Below, one piece after another: positions 36,859-39,316 of a stretch of DNA of 39,316 bases. The DNA is taken from contig JAKEEL010000196.1 in the NCBI GenBank assembly GCA_022616595.1, forward strand, positions 1 to 39,316, read 5' to 3'. The notes below the pieces were generated by a model. That model made no database searches and had not been told where the DNA came from. It saw only the letters and a list, made by a program, of their open reading frames with translations. Made by a program: the position numbers and the translations under genes. This DNA is from Methylococcaceae bacterium (GTDB taxonomy: Bacteria; Pseudomonadota; Gammaproteobacteria; Methylococcales; UBA1147). Position 1 is the first letter of the stretch, and each line of letters starts with the position of its first letter.

Positions 36859-37814
36859 AAGCCGCGAAGCGCGACTTCGCACTGTTGCTGCTCGCAACCT
36901 TAGCGATGCTGCTGTGCCTGAGCCGACCGGCGATTTCCCTGTCGCGGAACACTTTCCGCTACCTGTTCGTTGTGGATATCACGCAGAGCATGAACACCCC
37001 GGACTATCATGAAAACGATCTGCCTCCGGATCGCCTATCCTTCAGCAAACGGTCGCTGAGCGAGGCGATCCGGGATCTCCCCTGCGGCTCGGAGGCCGGA
37101 ATCGGATTGTTCAGCACCAAGGATGTTCTACTGCTGATCGAACCGCTCGAAATTTGTGCGCATTTTGCCGCGATCGACGATGCGATCGCGCACATCGACT
37201 GGCGGATGGCTTGGTCCGCGGACAGCAATGTCGAACGCGGATTGTACGGCGGTATCCTGGCGGCTAAAAACCTGGCACCCGGCACGAACCTGGTATTCAT
37301 GAGCGACGGGGAACAAAATGTCCGCGAGTTGCATCGGCCTCCGTTGGCCAAACACGCCGGAACGATCAAAGGTCATCTGATCGGTGTCGGGGGCTCGATC
37401 CCTTCCCCGATTCCAAGACTGGATCAGGACAACCGGTTGACGGGATTCTGGAACAACGGCGAGGTCGATGAGTTTTCGATCGGCCCGAAGGGTCTCGAGC
37501 CCTCCGCGCGAAAAAATCCCGATCCGGAGGGGATTTACCAATCGAGCCTGCACGAATCGAATCTGCAAATGCTGGCCGCGATGAGTGGTTTGGAGTACCA
37601 GCGCCTCGAATCGCCGAAGCAATTCAGCAAGATTCTACAGAGCGAGGACCTGGCCAAGCCGCGGACCGTGGAAACGGACATCCGCTGGCTGTTCGCGACG
37701 GTGTCCTTTCTGCTGATTATTACCGCCTGTCTTGTTCCGGCCGAAGCCGGACGCCGGGATCGATCGTCCGGGCAGGATTCGAGCGATCGATTCCCATCGT
37801 CTAGCTCCGAATAG
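36855..37814 (+). CDS. Membrane-anchored vWA-domain protein (MxaL/BatB-like)
   Basis: The ATG at 36855 overlaps the upstream TGA (ATGA). There is an N-terminal TM/signal segment, the MIDAS motif YLFVVDITQSM, ...LVFMSDGEQN and a C-terminal TM segment WLFATVSFLLIITACLV. Confidence 0.8.
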   Translation: MKAAKRDFALLLLATLAMLLCLSRPAISLSRNTFRYLFVVDITQSMNTPDYHENDLPPDRLSFSKRSLSEAIRDLPCGSEAGIGLFSTKDVLLLIEPLEICAHFAAIDDAIAHIDWRMAWSADSNVERGLYGGILAAKNLAPGTNLVFMSDGEQNVRELHRPPLAKHAGTIKGHLIGVGGSIPSPIPRLDQDNRLTGFWNNGEVDEFSIGPKGLEPSARKNPDPEGIYQSSLHESNLQMLAAMSGLEYQRLESPKQFSKILQSEDLAKPRTVETDIRWLFATVSFLLIITACLVPAEAGRRDRSSGQDSSDRFPSSSSE

Positions 37815-37822
37815 GGCGCCCG

Positions 37823-38160
37823 AAAATACGGGACGCACAAGACCACAAGATCCATAAGCAACTCATGCTACCCATATTCGCCAGCGAACGTATGGAGATT
37901 TACGCGGAAGACGTTATCCAGATAACCAACAACCAGGTAAGCAAATGGACAATTGGTAAACCTTTCCCGATGCAGACAGAAACCTGACAAATTGCGCTGG
38001 ATGTCATTCTTGACGTCGTGTTTGGTTTAGATCGTTCGGTTGAAAACAAACCGTTGGCTGGAGGCCATTCAGTCCTGCCTCGATCAAACCAATACCACAC
38101 ACCAGTCGGCCCTCACTTCCCTCCTGTCCTTGAATTTCCAAACTTTCAATAATGCTCACC
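37823..38160 (+). pseudogene. Decayed internal fragment of a cytochrome P450 gene
   Basis: My translation is ..DAQDHKIHKQLMLPIFASERMEIYAEDVIQITNNQVSKWTIGKPFPMQTET*QIALDVILDVVFGLDRSVENK, then a +1 shift to RWLEAIQSCLDQTNTTHQSALTSLLSLNF. This matches the P450 B'/C-to-E-helix region (..H...R.L..P.F......Y......I........W..G.PF.......I.L.VI...VFGL). There is an in-frame TGA at 37985-37987 and at least one frameshift. The N-terminus and the whole heme-binding half are missing. Confidence 0.6.
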
Positions 38161-38179
38161 TATGACTGTGCTTGGTATA

Positions 38180-39316
38180 TCAACCGCCGAATCGTGCCGC
38201 GAGTCCCCCGAGCGTAATGTTTGACGCGATCTCGTCGTGCGGAATCAACAAATAAAGCCAAGGCTTGCCGCCATAAGTCGCCGCATGATTGGAAGCGTTG
38301 GCGCACCATCTTACGGCTGCTTCCAATTTGGCCGCCACGATCGGGTCGTTCAGCTCCGTGCGTTTTTTGGGTTCCAGCATGTAAATCGTGTCGGAGGTTT
38401 CCGCAATGAAGTCCGGCTGGTACTCTTTAGTGTCCGCCCCCTGGCGGTAGAAAATCTGGAACTGGCCCCTGGCGGGCTTGAACCACTTGATGGCGTCACG
38501 TTCCAGAATTACAGCGAGCTTGCGTTCCGAATCGGAATCGAACTTCTGCACCGGATAGAGGCAGCGCTGAAAGCCTCCGAACAGGTACTTCGCCATGTTA
38601 CTCTTGTCCGCAGGCTCCACCCGATAGTTGGCGGGCGGTTCCTGCGCGGAATAGGTGTAGGCGCTCGGCTTCAGTTCGGTAAAGCCCTTGCTGATCTTGA
38701 CCTCATAGCCGGCGACGTCCTCCCAGTAGTGCTCCTGCATCTGGGCGTGGATGAATCGCGCGATGTCCCGCTGGTAGCAGCGCAGCACCTTGCTCGCGTC
38801 TTCCTCGGAAAGGTAGGCAAGGAAATGCTGCACAGTTTGGGCGGCAAGGTCGTAGAGCAAATCGGCATGGTCGTCATAGGAAATGTCGTCGAAGTCCACC
38901 AATCCGCTGACCACGTAGTCTTCCAGCCGCGCTTCCTCAATACCACTACGCCCCAGCGAAATGATCTCACGTTGGTGTGCGCGCAAGTGCTGAATCCAAA
39001 GCTCGTCAGAGACCGCGGGGTATTTCAGCGTATCCAGCACCACGGCCTGCAAGCGGATAGGCGAGCCGGGCTTGTTGGCCTCGTCGATGATTTCTTGAAA
39101 TTTGTCATGGGCGACGATATTCAGCCGATCCACCGCGGTTACGCCGGCGCGCTTGCCATAGGGCAGGCGCAAACCGCGCCCGATGGATTGCTCGATCAGA
39201 ACACGGGCATTCGCCGCCCGCAAAGGTACAATGGTGTAAAGGTTGGTCACGTCCCAGCCTTCCTTGAGCATGTTGACGTGAATTACGATTTCCGTTGGCT
39301 CGGAGCACAGCTCCAC
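38180..39316 (-). CDS. res: Type III restriction-modification system Res subunit (helicase/endonuclease), C-terminal part; N-terminus lies beyond the window end
   Basis: Contains the helicase motif VI region VNMLKEGWDVTNLYTIVPLRAANARVLIEQSIGRGLRLPYGKR and a C-terminal PD-(D/E)xK nuclease YQPDFIAETSDTIYMLEPKK. The leading GTG 'M' in the track is just the window edge. Confidence 0.8.
   Translation of the reverse strand: MELCSEPTEIVIHVNMLKEGWDVTNLYTIVPLRAANARVLIEQSIGRGLRLPYGKRAGVTAVDRLNIVAHDKFQEIIDEANKPGSPIRLQAVVLDTLKYPAVSDELWIQHLRAHQREIISLGRSGIEEARLEDYVVSGLVDFDDISYDDHADLLYDLAAQTVQHFLAYLSEEDASKVLRCYQRDIARFIHAQMQEHYWEDVAGYEVKISKGFTELKPSAYTYSAQEPPANYRVEPADKSNMAKYLFGGFQRCLYPVQKFDSDSERKLAVILERDAIKWFKPARGQFQIFYRQGADTKEYQPDFIAETSDTIYMLEPKKRTELNDPIVAAKLEAAVRWCANASNHAATYGGKPWLYLLIPHDEIASNITLGGLAARFGG

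Noticed and set aside
1-39316. CRISPR arrays, rRNA genes, intact IS elements, transposases, integrases and prophage genes.
   Set aside because: I saw no regularly spaced direct repeats, no rRNA-like conserved blocks and no ORF with DDE, tyrosine-recombinase or serine-recombinase motifs in any frame.

Overview
This 39.3 kb window looks like a chromosomal segment from a moderately GC-rich gammaproteobacterium. The evidence is the gene order ffs-dnaX-ybaB-recR, the orn/rsgA neighbourhood and a metK-ahcY-metF cluster. An mxa-like accessory cluster hints at a methylotroph or methanotroph, but that is unproven. I can support about 37 CDS (two run off the window ends), one SRP (4.5S) RNA and three decayed gene remnants. 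I see no tRNA or rRNA gene, no CRISPR array and no intact IS or transposase. Most of the window is housekeeping: the activated methyl cycle, RsmE, TolC, an Mla/MCE-type ABC transporter, Orn, RsgA, RecR, DnaX and GreB. Three patches look accessory. (1) 9.4-13.3 kb holds a translationally coupled four-gene cassette: vWA protein, PP2C phosphatase, atypical Ser/Thr kinase and a small Zn-ribbon protein. It resembles a TerY-P-like triad plus one extra gene. Its 3' end abuts a truncated sensor-gene remnant, and a perfect palindrome lies upstream. This is my best candidate for a poorly described signalling or defence system. (2) 33.5-37.8 kb holds a tightly coupled DUF58/MxaA-like/vWA/MxaK-like/vWA operon (mxaSACKL-like) with no MoxR ATPase and no methanol dehydrogenase genes in the window. 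(3) 37.8-39.3 kb holds a decayed cytochrome P450 remnant followed by the 3' part of a Type III restriction Res gene. Other points are a RimB-like protease::RimK fusion apparently co-transcribed with an intact P450, and a DUF4338 (DruA-like) remnant upstream of metK. All family calls come from motifs I recognised by eye. No database search was run.
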